Notes: a model not told the origin generated them from the letters alone. DNA of 64,000 nt from Candidatus Hydrogenedentota bacterium (GCA_963674865.2 CAXXYE010000003.1:256001-320000), one strand, 5' to 3'. Counted from the first letter of the stretch, positions 28,637 through 40,187 are shown. Made by a program: numbers and translations.

Positions 28637-29019
28637 TCACATTCCTCTGAGTTCTCGCCTTCTTGCCAGGGGGCATAGGGTCGGTTCTGTGTTGCTCATA
28701 CTAACACGTGCCCCGACGGTTCTTGGCCGGTACCTTCCGCGGATGTCCCGTTCAATGCGAGTACACGCCATTGGGCCGGAGCTTGCTCTGAGATCATGCC
28801 TTGGGCGTATTCATGAAAAGGGCTTCCCAACGCCCCGGGGTAGGCAGCGCGCAGTAATCAGCGCACGACTTCTCACGAGTCGAGCGTATAGGAGCCTACC
28901 TCGATTGTCAAAGCCTACCGGGGTGCTTGGAACACCTTCGAATGATTCTGCAAGAGTCCAAGAGCGGACATCGATTGTCCCTACGTTGCTCGATGTGGCG
29001 ACGCCGCACGTTAACGGCG

Positions 29020-29048
29020 TTGACATCCCTGAGTTAAGGAGATACAGT
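29020..29048 (+). promoter_or_regulatory. Putative sigma70 promoter for the hybrid kinase
   Basis: TTGACA-N17-TACAGT. Confidence 0.55.
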
Positions 29049-29341
29049 GGATGCAAGATAAGCGCTTTGGGACTTGACCGCAGCGGTGGTTTACGGTGCA
29101 TCCGTAGGCCGAAGTTGTCGGTATGACGGTAAGGCCGAAGAGTCTGGGGCGGGATCTTCGGCTCGCCTCTCGAACGGGGGGGACTCGGTAAGCAGGCATA
29201 CGGAGTGACTGGCCGGACTGGCCAAGGAATCTGGGGAGGGCGTATAGGAGTCTTGCGCTTTCCAGGAGTCGTGGGTTGGTGCGGGCCATTGCTCTCGCCT
29301 GCGTTGGCCGAATGCCTCGGAATTCCCGTGTAGGAGGGACC

Positions 29342-32179
29342 ATGGGAGAAGATGTAGATTACCTCGGCACGATGGGCGGCAGGGATACGGCGGAGGCGGG
29401 GCCGCTCAAGGTACTCCTGATCGATGATAGCCAAGCGTTCTACGAAGTCATCCGAGACATGCTGACGACCGTCGACGGGCGTGATTATCACCTCGACTGG
29501 GCGGCGACCTTCGATGCCGGGATGGAGGCTCTTCTCAGCAACGAGCATCACGTATGTCTCCTGGACTTTGTCCTTGGCGACGGTGATGGACTGGCGCTGC
29601 TTCGAGAAGTCGGTGAGCGCGGATGCTCCACTCCGGTCGTTATGCTGACGGGGCAGGGCGCACGGAGGATCGACATTGAGGCGATACGGGCGGGGGCGAC
29701 GGACTACGTCGAGAAGCTTGACGTATCACCGCCGGTTCTTGAACGGACAATACGGCACGCTATTGTGCGTCGGCGCGCGGAAGAGGCTTTGCGACAAGCA
29801 CGGGACGCGCTGGAGGACCGCGTAAGAGAAAGAACGGCGGAGCTTACGAAAACCGTCTCCGCGCTTGGCGCAGAGATCGCCGAACGAAAGCGCATCGAGA
29901 AGGCTCTCCGCGAAAGCGAGGCCCGGTTCCGCAACCTGATGGAACACCTGCCCGGCGTCGCAATCCAGGGATATCAGACCGACGGAAAGGTCGTTTTCTG
30001 GAACAAGGCCAGTGAGGAAGTCTACGGGTATTCGGCTGACGAGGCCATAGGAAAGTACCTCGGCGATCTCATCATTCCAGAGGATATCAAGCCGCTTCTT
30101 GAGAAGGCACTGGTTTTAGGCGCTGAGGCCGAGAATTCCGGCGAGTTCATGCCGTCTGGCGAGTGCGACCTTCTCCGCAAGGATGGCTCTCTGGTTCCTG
30201 TCTACTCGATCCATACGGCCGTGTGCGTGCGCGGCAGCGCCAACCTGCTTTTCTGTATCGATGTTGACCTCTCGGAGCGAAAGAAGGTGGAGGACGCGCT
30301 CAGGAAGAGCGAGACCGAGTACCGCCTGCTGGCCGAGAATCAGAAGGACGTGGTCCTGACGATCTCGCCGGAGGGAATCCTGACGTATTGCAGCCCGGCG
30401 CTTAAGGAATTGGCCGGTTACGAGCCCGAGGAAGTTGTCGGCAACCATTTCAGCGAATACTTGACTTCGGAGAACGACAGGACCAGGGCGGAACTTGCCA
30501 TTGGACGGGCTTTCTCCGAGCAGGTGTCGGGGACGTTTGAGTTTGTGCTCATATCGAGGTCAGGAGATGCCATCCCCGTCGAGATCACAGAGAAGCCGCT
30601 GGTGGACGCGGGGAAGGTGGTGGCACTTCAGTGCGTACTGCGCGATGTTACGGAGCGAAGACGTGCCGAAGAGACGGCTGTCCGGCTTGCTGAGGCCGTC
30701 GAGCACGCCGGTGAAGCGATTCTGATCACCGATTCGGATGGGAGCATCCAGTACGTCAACCCGGCCTTCACCGAAGTCACCGGCTACACGCGGGAGGAGG
30801 CACTTGCGCGCACCCCGCGGTTTCTGAAGAGCGGTGAGCATGATGAGGCGTTCTACCACGCGCTCTGGGCGACCATCTCGAGCGGCGAGGTCTGGCAGGG
30901 CCGGATGGTCAACAAGAGGAAAGACGGCACGCTCTACCGCGAAGACGCAACGATCTCGCCGGTGCGTGACCCTTCAGGAGTGATCGTAAACTATGTGTCC
31001 GTGAACCGCGACATCACAAAAGAGGTCGAACTCGAGCAACAACTCACGCAAGCCCAGAAACTCGAATCTGTCGGGCGTCTCGCGGGCGGCGTTGCCCACG
31101 ATTTCAACAACCTGCTCTCGCCCATTCTGGGATACGCCGAAATGGCGCTTGCGAAGCTCGATCCGAACGACCCGATGTACAGTGACTTCGCTCACATCCG
31201 CGATGCCGGCCAGCGCGCTACGGACTTGGTCCGTCAGCTACTGGCTTTTGGCCGAAAACAGATGATGGCCATGAGGGCAACGGATCTGAACGAGGTGGTG
31301 ACAGGGGTCGAGCCCATGCTGCGGAGGCTGATCGGAGAGGACATTGAGGTCGTGGCGCGACTGGCCTCTTCCCTCTACCAGGTCACGGCGGACCACTCCC
31401 AGATTGAGCAGGTTATTATGAACCTGGCCGTCAACGCTCGGGACGCTATGCCCAAGGGTGGAGCATTGGCCATCGAGACGGCCAACGTGGTAATCGACGC
31501 AGAGCGCGATGAGGCCCATCCCGGGGTCCCCCCTGGACAATACGCCACGTTCACCGTGCGCGACACCGGCCATGGCATCGACCAGGAAGCTCTGGCGCAC
31601 ATTTTTGAGCCGTTTTACACAACGAAGGAATTGGGCAAGGGTACGGGCCTGGGGCTGGCAACGGCCTACGGGATCATCAGCCAGCACAAGGGGCACATTC
31701 GCGTCGAAACCGAACCTGAACGCGGCACCGCCTTCATCATTTACGTACCTCGTTCGGATGCCGGCCCCGTGAAGGATACGGAGTCCTCTGTCGCGGGCCG
31801 AGGATGCGAAGGCAGCGAAACCATCTTGGTTGTCGAGGATGAAGAGATGGTGCGGAAGCTTGCGGGCGATGTGCTTGCCGCTCACGGATACAATGTGTTG
31901 CAGGCATCGCACGCGCAGGAGGCCCTTTCACTGGCGGACAAGCACCCTGACACTATCCACCTTCTTCTGACCGATGTGATCATGCCCCAAGTCAACGGCA
32001 AGCAGCTTTTCGAGCAGCTGGTCAAGTTGCGTGAAGACCTTAGAGTCGTTTTCATGTCCGGATACACGGATGAAGTCATCGCGGATCATGGTGTGCTTGA
32101 CGCAGGCATTCACTTTCTCCAGAAGCCTTTCTCTCCTCGGAGTCTCACGCAAGCCGTGCGCGATGCTCTTGATCAGTGA
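29342..32179 (+). CDS. Cytoplasmic hybrid sensor kinase (REC-PASx3-HisKA-HATPase-REC)
   Basis: N-terminal receiver; three PAS/PAC repeats; [22 protein letters not shown]-terminal receiver; AGGAGGG RBS. Confidence 0.94.
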   Translation: MGEDVDYLGTMGGRDTAEAGPLKVLLIDDSQAFYEVIRDMLTTVDGRDYHLDWAATFDAGMEALLSNEHHVCLLDFVLGDGDGLALLREVGERGCSTPVVMLTGQGARRIDIEAIRAGATDYVEKLDVSPPVLERTIRHAIVRRRAEEALRQARDALEDRVRERTAELTKTVSALGAEIAERKRIEKALRESEARFRNLMEHLPGVAIQGYQTDGKVVFWNKASEEVYGYSADEAIGKYLGDLIIPEDIKPLLEKALVLGAEAENSGEFMPSGECDLLRKDGSLVPVYSIHTAVCVRGSANLLFCIDVDLSERKKVEDALRKSETEYRLLAENQKDVVLTISPEGILTYCSPALKELAGYEPEEVVGNHFSEYLTSENDRTRAELAIGRAFSEQVSGTFEFVLISRSGDAIPVEITEKPLVDAGKVVALQCVLRDVTERRRAEETAVRLAEAVEHAGEAILITDSDGSIQYVNPAFTEVTGYTREEALARTPRFLKSGEHDEAFYHALWATISSGEVWQGRMVNKRKDGTLYREDATISPVRDPSGVIVNYVSVNRDITKEVELEQQLTQAQKLESVGRLAGGVAHDFNNLLSPILGYAEMALAKLDPNDPMYSDFAHIRDAGQRATDLVRQLLAFGRKQMMAMRATDLNEVVTGVEPMLRRLIGEDIEVVARLASSLYQVTADHSQIEQVIMNLAVNARDAMPKGGALAIETANVVIDAERDEAHPGVPPGQYATFTVRDTGHGIDQEALAHIFEPFYTTKELGKGTGLGLATAYGIISQHKGHIRVETEPERGTAFIIYVPRSDAGPVKDTESSVAGRGCEGSETILVVEDEEMVRKLAGDVLAAHGYNVLQASHAQEALSLADKHPDTIHLLLTDVIMPQVNGKQLFEQLVKLREDLRVVFMSGYTDEVIADHGVLDAGIHFLQKPFSPRSLTQAVRDALDQ

Positions 32180-32345
32180 GTCCAACGAAGGCGCTACAGG
32201 GGCCCTGTGACTAAGCAAGTCGGCGCGCATCCGCCGCAGCTTTCTCTATCCCCAAGATGGGCGCCCATTGGGCAGGTGCGCCGCCGCGGTTGAGGGGCCA
32301 CGTGGCCTTGTGTAGTATGTAACCGTCAACCTGTAGGAGAACGCC

Positions 32346-33416
32346 GTGAGAACGATCCTGGTAACGGGCGGGGCCGGTTTCGTAGGCTCCTCACTTGCTC
32401 TCCGCCTGCGAAGTTCGCGGCCGGATCTTCGTATTGTCGCCTTGGACAATCTCAAGCGCCGGGGCTCGGAGCTGAATCTGCCAAGGCTGCGCCAAGCCGG
32501 TGTCGATTTTGTCCACGGGGATATCCGGAATCCCGAAGATCTTCGCGTGCCCGGTTCTGTGGACCTCATTCTCGAATGCAGCGCCGAACCGTCCGTCCTG
32601 GCCGGATACGGCGATTCTCCAGCGTACGTTGTCAACACCAACCTGATGGGTACGTCCAACTGCCTCGAACTTGCCCGGCGGCATGAAGCGGGCATCATCT
32701 TCTTCTCGACCAGCAGAGTCTATCCGATGAGCGCCATCAACAGCCTGGCGTTCAAAGAGGCCGCCACACGTTTCGTGCTGGACGATGCACAGGGCGTGCC
32801 GGGCGTATCCACGGCGGGGCTGAGTGAGGCGTTCCCGCTCGACGGAGTCCGATCTTTGTACGGGGCCACAAAGCTCTGCTCCGAACTACTCCTGCAGGAA
32901 TACCTGGACATGTATGGACTGCATGGCGCGATCAATCGCTGCGGCGTCATTACCGGCCCCTGGCAAATGGGGAAGGTGGATCAGGGAGTTGTCGTGCTCT
33001 GGGTGGCCCGCCATGTCTTCGGGGGGGCGTTGAGCTATATTGGCTACGGGGGACAGGGAAAACAGGTGCGGGACATGCTTCACATCGATGACCTGTTCCG
33101 GCTCGTGCTCTATGAGATCGAACACCTGGACACGCTTTCCGGAAGTATTTTCAACGTTGGCGGGGGGCACGCCGTGAGTGTTTCGCTCCAGGAACTCACG
33201 GCAGTCTGCCGTGAGGTAACGGGAGAAGCGTTGGATATTGGGAGCGTTCCGGCCGAGCGCCCCGGCGATGTTCGGTGGTATATCACGGACCACGCGCGTG
33301 TAACGCAAGAGACCGACTGGCGCCCGGAGAAGGATGTTAGGGCAATCGTGACGGACATTCGCGACTGGCTTGTCGCCAACGAGACGGCTCTCCGCCCCAT
33401 TCTTGGTGTGAGCTGA
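32346..33416 (+). CDS. NAD-dependent epimerase, CDP-paratose 2-epimerase (RfbE)-like
   Basis: TGGAGFVG, STSRVY, YGATK and GKQVRDMLH. Confidence 0.88.
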   Translation: MRTILVTGGAGFVGSSLALRLRSSRPDLRIVALDNLKRRGSELNLPRLRQAGVDFVHGDIRNPEDLRVPGSVDLILECSAEPSVLAGYGDSPAYVVNTNLMGTSNCLELARRHEAGIIFFSTSRVYPMSAINSLAFKEAATRFVLDDAQGVPGVSTAGLSEAFPLDGVRSLYGATKLCSELLLQEYLDMYGLHGAINRCGVITGPWQMGKVDQGVVVLWVARHVFGGALSYIGYGGQGKQVRDMLHIDDLFRLVLYEIEHLDTLSGSIFNVGGGHAVSVSLQELTAVCREVTGEALDIGSVPAERPGDVRWYITDHARVTQETDWRPEKDVRAIVTDIRDWLVANETALRPILGVS

Positions 33417-33451
33417 CCTGCGCGGAGGAGGACGGGGCTCGCCCGTAGTCT

Positions 33452-34348
33452 TCACGGGCGGGCAGCAAGATCCACTATTGCCTCAAGGCTCTTTCTCGCG
33501 GCAGCGTCCATGTTTCGCTCCGCCCCGCCGCCGCGAAGCGGTGAGCACATCTCGTAGGCCACGTGGCCGGAGAAGCCGCCTTCTTTCAGTCCCGAGAAGA
33601 ACCCCTCGAGGTCCAAGAAGCCCTCGCCAAGAGGAACGGCAAGCACGCGTTCGGGCATCGGCCGATAGGTCACCAAGCCCGGCGAATAGCAGAATCTCCG
33701 AAGCTTCACATAGTCGGCAAGCGTTGTCTGAACCATCCGCGGGGCAAGTTCTCGGGCGCAAGCTCGCAAGTCATCTCCGTGTAGTGCCGGGGCCCACGGA
33801 TCAAACATGGCGCGGCAATTGCGGTGGTCCACATCGTCGAGGAACTCGGCGAAGGATTCCCACGCCACGCCGATGTCGTGGTGGTTCTGTACGCCGAGGG
33901 TCACACCATAAGTCTCGGCCACGGCGGCGCATTCGCGGATAGCCACAACACACCGATCCCAATCGCTGCGGTATGCGTCGGGATCGGTCGAGTAGCCCGT
34001 AAACACACGGACGTTCTTAGCCCCCAGCCGGATGGCCATGGCTGACAGCGACTGGACATAGGCCACTTGCATCTCAACGAAGGGCACCTCCGCGGCGTTT
34101 TTCCCCGATGTGAAGTCCGTGTAGCCCGCGATGGTGGCTATCTCGACGCCGCATTCAGCGGCAGTTTCCGCCAGCGTGTCCAACAGAGGATCGTCAGCGT
34201 CCACGACGGAGAGATGCGGCCGCTTCCCCATAATCTCGACTGCGGAATAGCCCAATGCCGCCGCCCTCTGAATAAACGATGGCAGGTCCAGGCGTGTCTG
34301 GCCCCACAGTCCGGCATAGCTTACTGAGAAGAGCGTCGGCGTCATCAT
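33452..34348 (-). CDS. Sugar phosphate isomerase/epimerase (xylose-isomerase-like TIM barrel)
   Basis: GYSAVEI, LGVQNH, LGEGFLD and YEMC. Confidence 0.82.
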   Translation of the reverse strand: MMTPTLFSVSYAGLWGQTRLDLPSFIQRAAALGYSAVEIMGKRPHLSVVDADDPLLDTLAETAAECGVEIATIAGYTDFTSGKNAAEVPFVEMQVAYVQSLSAMAIRLGAKNVRVFTGYSTDPDAYRSDWDRCVVAIRECAAVAETYGVTLGVQNHHDIGVAWESFAEFLDDVDHRNCRAMFDPWAPALHGDDLRACARELAPRMVQTTLADYVKLRRFCYSPGLVTYRPMPERVLAVPLGEGFLDLEGFFSGLKEGGFSGHVAYEMCSPLRGGGAERNMDAAARKSLEAIVDLAARP

Positions 34349-34399
34349 AATCTTCCCACCCTCCTTGTCGGGCGCATCCTTAGGCAGGCCACTCGTCCC

Positions 34400-35257
34400 C
34401 TACGCGTCGGTTTCCTTCGGCCCGGATTGTGCCTTTGTCTCCGATATCGAACTCGTGGCCATCAGATCATCTCGAATGAGGAGCGATTCGAACCAGATCT
34501 TCAGCAGCGTACACAGGTAGCGCCGGCCCATCTCTTTGAGCCGCAGATTTGATGACCCCCAAGTCCGCCCCGACCAGGATAGCGGCAGCGTAGCAATCGC
34601 GTAGCGCCTTATCAGAGCGGACAGCGACATCTCGATGGTGATGTTGAAATGGGCGGCCTGTAAGGGGCTTATGCTCTCTATTACGTGGCGTCGGTATACC
34701 TTGAACGCATTGGTGAGGTCATTGTGGGGCGTGAGAAATAGGACTCGCAGCATGTTGTTGACGATGCGGTTGACGATGAGCTTGACCTTTGGATAGGCCG
34801 TCACCTTGCTTCCCTTGATGAATCGGGAGCCGAATGCGCAGTCGTATCCCTTCTCGATCTCCCGGTAGCATGCGACGACGTCCTCCGGGGCGTCGGAAAG
34901 GTCTGCCATAACGATGGCCACAACTTCGCCCGAGTAATGCTCCAGGCCGCAGCGGATCGCTCGTCCGAGACCTCCCGGCGGCTTGTTGTTGACAAGCCTG
35001 AGTTCGGGAAAGTGGTCCTTCTCGGCCTCGAGAATCGCGGCCGTGCTGTCCGTGCTGTTGTCGTTCACGACCACCAGTTCGAAGGGTATGCGTTCACCGC
35101 GGAGAGCGTGCGCCATCGCGGTTGCCGTCGGCACAATATTGCGCTCCTCATTGAACGCGGGGATGACGACTGAGTAGAGGAGCGTGTTCGGCGGAATAGG
35201 CTCGAGGCTGGACGTCCGGCCTGAAAGCGCGCCCCTAGGCTCTGGCTTCGAGGCCAT
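34400..35257 (-). CDS. Glycosyltransferase family 2 (polyprenol-phosphate sugar synthase-like)
   Basis: [24 protein letters not shown] and GSRF. Confidence 0.9.
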   Translation of the reverse strand: MASKPEPRGALSGRTSSLEPIPPNTLLYSVVIPAFNEERNIVPTATAMAHALRGERIPFELVVVNDNSTDSTAAILEAEKDHFPELRLVNNKPPGGLGRAIRCGLEHYSGEVVAIVMADLSDAPEDVVACYREIEKGYDCAFGSRFIKGSKVTAYPKVKLIVNRIVNNMLRVLFLTPHNDLTNAFKVYRRHVIESISPLQAAHFNITIEMSLSALIRRYAIATLPLSWSGRTWGSSNLRLKEMGRRYLCTLLKIWFESLLIRDDLMATSSISETKAQSGPKETDA

Positions 35258-36296
35258 GATAAATCTCCTCAAGGATTGCCTGGAGATCGTACTTGTATTG
35301 CCAATCGGGATAATGGCTCTGGAACTTGCGCACATCGCTGATCCACCAGACGTGATCGCCGATGCGATTGTCCTCGACGTAGGTGGTCTTCATCGCCCGC
35401 CCCGTTAGCGCTTCACATAGACGGACCGCCTCCCGAAGCGAGCAGTTGCTGTGGCGGCTCCCGCCCATGTTGTACGCCTCGCCTGCGCGCGGCCTCTTGT
35501 AGAACTGGAAGAAGCATTCGACCAGGTCGGCCGAGTGGATATTGTCACGTACCTGCTTACCCTTGTATCCGAAGATGCGATACTCGCGGCCCGTGACGGC
35601 GCACTTCATCAAATAGGCTAAGAACCCATGCAGTTCCGCGCCGGAATGCCCCGGGCCCGTGAGGCAGCCGCCGCGGAAACAGGCCGTCCTCATCTCCCAG
35701 TATCGCCCGTATTCCTGCACCATCACGTCGGCGGCCACTTTCGAAGCACCGAACACGGAGTGCTTTGTCTGGTCGATGGACATGGACTCGTCGATACCGT
35801 GTTCCGCGTAGGGATGCGTGTCCTCCACCTCCCATCGATCTTCGAGTTCGATCAAGGGCAGCCGGTTTGGCGTATCCCCGTAGACCTTATTCGTCGATGT
35901 GAAGATGAAAGGCGCCTCCGGGCAGTGCTTGCGAGTCAGTTCGAGTAGGTTGAGGGTGCCATTAGCATTTACGGTGAAGTCCGTGATGGGCTCCTTAGCG
36001 GCCCAATCATGGCTAGGCTGCGCGGCCGTGTGGACGACTAGTTCGATCGCTCCCGCGTACTCCTCGAAAAGCCGTCCGAGCGTTTCGTAATCTCGAATAT
36101 CAATCGCATGATGGCGGTAACCTACCACCTCTTCCTGGAGGCGATCGGAAGACCACTTCGTCGATGCCTCTTTGCCGAAGAAGTACGCGCGCATATCGTT
36201 GTCGATGCCCGCGACGGTGAGCCCCTCCCGCGCAAAGCGGCGCACTGCTTCCGCGCCGACCAGTCCCCCTGCCCCCGTAACGATCGCTACTCCCAT
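35235..36296 (-). CDS. NAD-dependent epimerase, RfbE-like, with FxxxK in place of YxxxK
   Basis: [32 protein letters not shown] and GKQVRDNIH. Confidence 0.88.
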   Translation of the reverse strand: MGVAIVTGAGGLVGAEAVRRFAREGLTVAGIDNDMRAYFFGKEASTKWSSDRLQEEVVGYRHHAIDIRDYETLGRLFEEYAGAIELVVHTAAQPSHDWAAKEPITDFTVNANGTLNLLELTRKHCPEAPFIFTSTNKVYGDTPNRLPLIELEDRWEVEDTHPYAEHGIDESMSIDQTKHSVFGASKVAADVMVQEYGRYWEMRTACFRGGCLTGPGHSGAELHGFLAYLMKCAVTGREYRIFGYKGKQVRDNIHSADLVECFFQFYKRPRAGEAYNMGGSRHSNCSLREAVRLCEALTGRAMKTTYVEDNRIGDHVWWISDVRKFQSHYPDWQYKYDLQAILEEIYHGLEARA

Positions 36297-36390
36297 CGCC
36301 CTTCCCTTTTTGCGCGCCGCCCAAGCCGAAGCAATGCGTTCTCAACACATGACAAGACGAAATCGCGCCTTACGCGACTCCGCAGGCTTC

Positions 36391-37665
36391 TCACGAAATA
36401 CCGGGCCGCACCATGTCCGGCCAGTCTTCCTTGAACACGAAGAAATTGACGCCGTTGGCGCCACTCTTACGCACGAGGTCCGCCGTCTTCGACATAAGCG
36501 GATCATCGATGTAGATGATAGGCGCGAGTTCCTTATCGGGGCCGATGAGCGCCCGCGCGAGCGCAGTCTGATGGCCCACGGCTTCCGGCGGAAGCGCCGT
36601 TTGAACCTCCTTGATGGTTCGCTCTTTCACGATATCGGCAAGGCTGGCCCAAGCCAGGATCAAGCCCATCGCGGTGGCTTCGGCCGGGGACTCGGCAAGG
36701 CCCAACTCCTCAGGGATCGCTGTCAGTTCCCAGTTGAGGCAGGCGGGCCCGGGCCGATCCGGATAATTGCGGTAGATCATAGGCGCGAACACATCCATGA
36801 TTTCGCACAAGTCCGCATAGGACTGTCCCACTAACGGTGCTACAGAGGGCGTGAAGATGTAGACGCCCGTGCGTTTCCCGCCGTCATGAATGACTTTGCA
36901 GACGTCCCGGAAATGCTCCGTGGCACACATCCGCCTGAACTGGAGCCATGTCACAACGCCCGGGTGAGCTGCCATCCATTCGAGCACGCCGGCGGGCGTC
37001 GCAAGCCACAGGGCGCCTCTGCTGCCCGCCTGCTTGTTGACGACGGCATCATAAAGAGCCTTCACGTCGCGCTTCATCGCATCGAAGTCGAGGCCCAGCG
37101 TGTTTGCCTTTGCCTTGCAGGTATCGCAGAAGCACGTGAAGTACGGATTGAGGCCCGAAGCGGGGGACGCGAAGCGGCACCCGTCCACGAGGATGCCTTT
37201 CACGCCGTCCGTGGCGGCCATGCCCTTATAGGACTTGATGTTCTCCTCTCGGAGTGTCGGGTGATTGGGACAGCCGGAGCCGAACCAGATTTGGGGCTTC
37301 CCCGATAGGTCCTTCGCCTTGAAGGAATCATCATCCTTGTGACTCCCGAGGCCGAACGCGCCTCCGCAGAGCCAGGCTTCCATCCCTGCTGCGTTAACGG
37401 CGTCGATGACAGCCGCGCCGCCGGCCACGACCACGTCGAATCCGGCCTCCTTGAAGGCCGCGGCCGTCTTCTTGGGATCATCTCCCCCAAATCCATGCAT
37501 CCAGTATTTGCATCCGCTCACTGGGCGCTCCTCCTCGCGTGCCTCGGCGTCTCCTTCATTTCCTTGGGCCACGGATGAACCACCGGCGGCCAGATGAACC
37601 GCCCCGGCTGCGGCTACACCCAAGAAAGTACGCCTTGCCACCTTGCCGGCCTCGGGCTCTTCCAT
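36391..37665 (-). CDS. Tat-exported putative glycoside hydrolase-like TIM-barrel protein
   Basis: ARRTFLG signal; GCPNHP, GILVD, CFCDTC and FAPMIY resemble GHL10/GH42-like proteins. Confidence 0.65.
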   Translation of the reverse strand: MEEPEAGKVARRTFLGVAAAGAVHLAAGGSSVAQGNEGDAEAREEERPVSGCKYWMHGFGGDDPKKTAAAFKEAGFDVVVAGGAAVIDAVNAAGMEAWLCGGAFGLGSHKDDDSFKAKDLSGKPQIWFGSGCPNHPTLREENIKSYKGMAATDGVKGILVDGCRFASPASGLNPYFTCFCDTCKAKANTLGLDFDAMKRDVKALYDAVVNKQAGSRGALWLATPAGVLEWMAAHPGVVTWLQFRRMCATEHFRDVCKVIHDGGKRTGVYIFTPSVAPLVGQSYADLCEIMDVFAPMIYRNYPDRPGPACLNWELTAIPEELGLAESPAEATAMGLILAWASLADIVKERTIKEVQTALPPEAVGHQTALARALIGPDKELAPIIYIDDPLMSKTADLVRKSGANGVNFFVFKEDWPDMVRPGIS

Positions 37666-37777
37666 GACGAATCTCCCCTCCCATGCTGACAACGTACCAT
37701 GGTGTACCACGCGCAGAGCGCAAAAAACAACGACATACTCCCCCAGCAGTCACGCTACAAGATGCGTCGCGCCGCGA

Positions 37778-38449
37778 CTAACGAGCCGCAGTGACGCTGG
37801 AGTCCACGAACCACTCGGCATCTTTCACCCGGCCCGCCGGATGCAAACCCCGCTGCGCTTCGGCGAAGACGGCGGCCTTATCCGCTCCTTGCACCAAAAA
37901 CCAGCGGCGCTTTGCGGCATTGAGGACGGGGAACGTCAGCGTGACTCTGGACGTCTTTAGTGCGGGCACCTCGTTATTCACGACTGCCCGCTCGGCTTCT
38001 TCAAGCGCATCCGTGCTGGGGAACAGAGAGGCCGTGTGCCCGTCCGCGCCCAAACCCAAGATCACCAGGTCAAACACGGGAACGCCGGCCGTATTGAGCG
38101 GCACAAGGCGCCGCAGCAAGCGTTCATAGTCCTCCGCTCCGAGAGGGCGCTCGGCCTCCATGCGGTGGGCGCGCACCTCGGATACTCGGGCGAGAATGGT
38201 GTCTGCCAACAGCGTCCAGTTCGATTCCTCGTGTCCAGGCGGAACGGGCCGCTCGTCAACTTGAAACAGTGTGAGGCGATGCCACGGGACTTGAGACTTG
38301 TAGACGGTGGCCAGCAGCATGTACAGCTCGTGCGGTGTTCGCCCTCCCGAAACGGCGATGTTCCCTTTGTCCAGATTATTGGCCAAGGCCACGAAGCGCC
38401 GTGCAAGAGCCTCCGCGGGGCGATCGCTCACGTGAACCTGCGCCCCCAT
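37778..38449 (-). CDS. pgl: 6-phosphogluconolactonase
   Basis: SGGRTP, DERPVP, SN, LGLGADGHTASLFP and RVTLT. Confidence 0.93.
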   Translation of the reverse strand: MGAQVHVSDRPAEALARRFVALANNLDKGNIAVSGGRTPHELYMLLATVYKSQVPWHRLTLFQVDERPVPPGHEESNWTLLADTILARVSEVRAHRMEAERPLGAEDYERLLRRLVPLNTAGVPVFDLVILGLGADGHTASLFPSTDALEEAERAVVNNEVPALKTSRVTLTFPVLNAAKRRWFLVQGADKAAVFAEAQRGLHPAGRVKDAEWFVDSSVTAAR

Positions 38450-38450
38450 G

Positions 38451-40187
38451 CTAGTTGCCCTCCTTGCGGTATCGGCGCCGGGCAGCGGCGGCTAGGAGCA
38501 ATGCGAGCGTCGCGGCAATCGTCGAGAGATCTCCCATTGCGGCACTCGCCGAACGCTGTTGTGCAGTGTCATTCACTCCCGAACAACCTGCCGCGGGCGC
38601 GGAATAGTCGCACCAGATAGGGGAAGAAGCGGCCTCGTCATTCCTGCCGTCTCCATCATTATCGTCAGTTTGCCTGACGATGACGTAGTAGTAATCGGCT
38701 CCGGAGGACTCCTCGTCGGAGAAGTGCACAGAGAACGCGTTCCCGCTAACAGGCGCTATCTCAAGCAGATCCCCATTCCGATAGAGCCGTACCTCCTCGA
38801 AGAAATCGCCGCTGTTGTCATGAGCGGCGACCTCGAACTCGCGCTGCACACCGGTTAGGCGCGAACCCATGGGATATCCCTGGCAGCGGAAGTCCAGGCA
38901 TAGATCCTTATCTTCCGTGCAGTAGAAACGCCGCTTCTTGTAGGCATCAACGATCGCCTCGCGCGTCAGATCCTCGGCGAGCACCGCCGTCCTGAACTGG
39001 TTCCGCGTACCCCAGTCGCCGCCATGATTGTCTTGCCCGGCAAGCGGGCCCAGATGCCACCCTTGCCGGTTGCCGGCATCCCAGTAGCTGCAGGCGCTAT
39101 CCCAACTACCATCGTAGTAGTAGCGATCCAGCCCGTCGCTCTTGTTCAGGAGTTCGATGCCCACCATTTGCGGGATGGCGCGGGCGGAGGGGCGGAGGTG
39201 CATGAATTCCAGTCCGAGATCATCTTGTCGGCCGGGGTGATTGAAGCGGCCAAAGGCTTCCGGGCGTCTACTTAGCCAGCGAAACAGCCCCTTCAAGCGT
39301 GGGGTGATGAAGGCGTTCGTGAAATCCTGAGAGTTGAGGATGTTGACGTGCCCCCAGATGGGATTTGTCCACTCAAATCCCCAGAGCGTCACATAGCTCC
39401 CCGGCGCATAGGTTTGCTCCGCCACGTCCACCAGCTCAGCCCATTTGTTTTCCCAAGGCCAAGAGACGAGTTGCTCGGCGTGATCCGTAAGGGCGAAGAA
39501 ATCCATGCCGCCTTGATCGCGCGCATACGTGTAGGCGTCGAAAGCTGTGCCGTTGCCGTCCGAAAGGGCGCTGTGAGCGTGCAAGTAGCCAAAATACGTG
39601 TTGTACGCTACACCCGCTTCGTAAGACGGTGTTGTCGCGTGTGTTGGCAAGGGAGAAACATCAAGGCCTTTCTCCTCCGGCGGGAGTGATTCCGCGACAC
39701 TCGTCCAAGAGAGCCGCGAAAGTCGGCGCGCCACAGCCGCCACGTCCGGCGTCGCTCTGAAATTCGAGCTAGAGATCTGTTCCAGCAAGACTCGGCAGTG
39801 CTCCCACGAGAGAGAGGTCTCTCGCCCCCTCATCGCCTGGGAAAGCGCCCTGCTTCGGCTTATGCTTGTGCGCTCTCGAAGATCGCGGAGCAACAGGTAC
39901 TCATCAGGCATCGGCTCCCTATCCTGCGTCAGTCTGTAAGTGAGCACTACGTGCTCGTCCCACGAGACGGCCTTGGCGTAGCCAGGTGAATCGAGGAAGG
40001 CCGCCAAGCTCTGTAAGCGACTCCTCACTTCCTCCTGCTCGTCCGCCGACAGGCCCTTGTCAGCTGAGGGGCAACCGGCCAGCACAAGCATGAGAGAGGC
40101 CACTGTCCCACGTAGAAGTGCTCTGGAGGATTGCCTTTGCCGCCAGCCGGCGCGTAGTGCCCCAAAGTCAATAGGCCGGCCGGGCAT
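38451..40187 (-). CDS. PHP-domain (CehA/McbA-like) metallohydrolase, putative lipoprotein with a C-terminal membrane anchor (start uncertain)
   Basis: LHAHSALSDG, TDH, GFEW, GHVN, FNHP, GQDNH and SSPIW; LVLAGC lipobox; GC...GD-TM-RRR tail. Confidence 0.82.
   Translation of the reverse strand: MPGRPIDFGALRAGWRQRQSSRALLRGTVASLMLVLAGCPSADKGLSADEQEEVRSRLQSLAAFLDSPGYAKAVSWDEHVVLTYRLTQDREPMPDEYLLLRDLRERTSISRSRALSQAMRGRETSLSWEHCRVLLEQISSSNFRATPDVAAVARRLSRLSWTSVAESLPPEEKGLDVSPLPTHATTPSYEAGVAYNTYFGYLHAHSALSDGNGTAFDAYTYARDQGGMDFFALTDHAEQLVSWPWENKWAELVDVAEQTYAPGSYVTLWGFEWTNPIWGHVNILNSQDFTNAFITPRLKGLFRWLSRRPEAFGRFNHPGRQDDLGLEFMHLRPSARAIPQMVGIELLNKSDGLDRYYYDGSWDSACSYWDAGNRQGWHLGPLAGQDNHGGDWGTRNQFRTAVLAEDLTREAIVDAYKKRRFYCTEDKDLCLDFRCQGYPMGSRLTGVQREFEVAAHDNSGDFFEEVRLYRNGDLLEIAPVSGNAFSVHFSDEESSGADYYYVIVRQTDDNDGDGRNDEAASSPIWCDYSAPAAGCSGVNDTAQQRSASAAMGDLSTIAATLALLLAAAARRRYRKEGN

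Noticed and set aside
28521..29551. ORFs 28521-29126 (+) and 28811-29551 (-)
   Set aside because: They overlap real genes, lack an RBS or motifs, and have non-protein-like composition.
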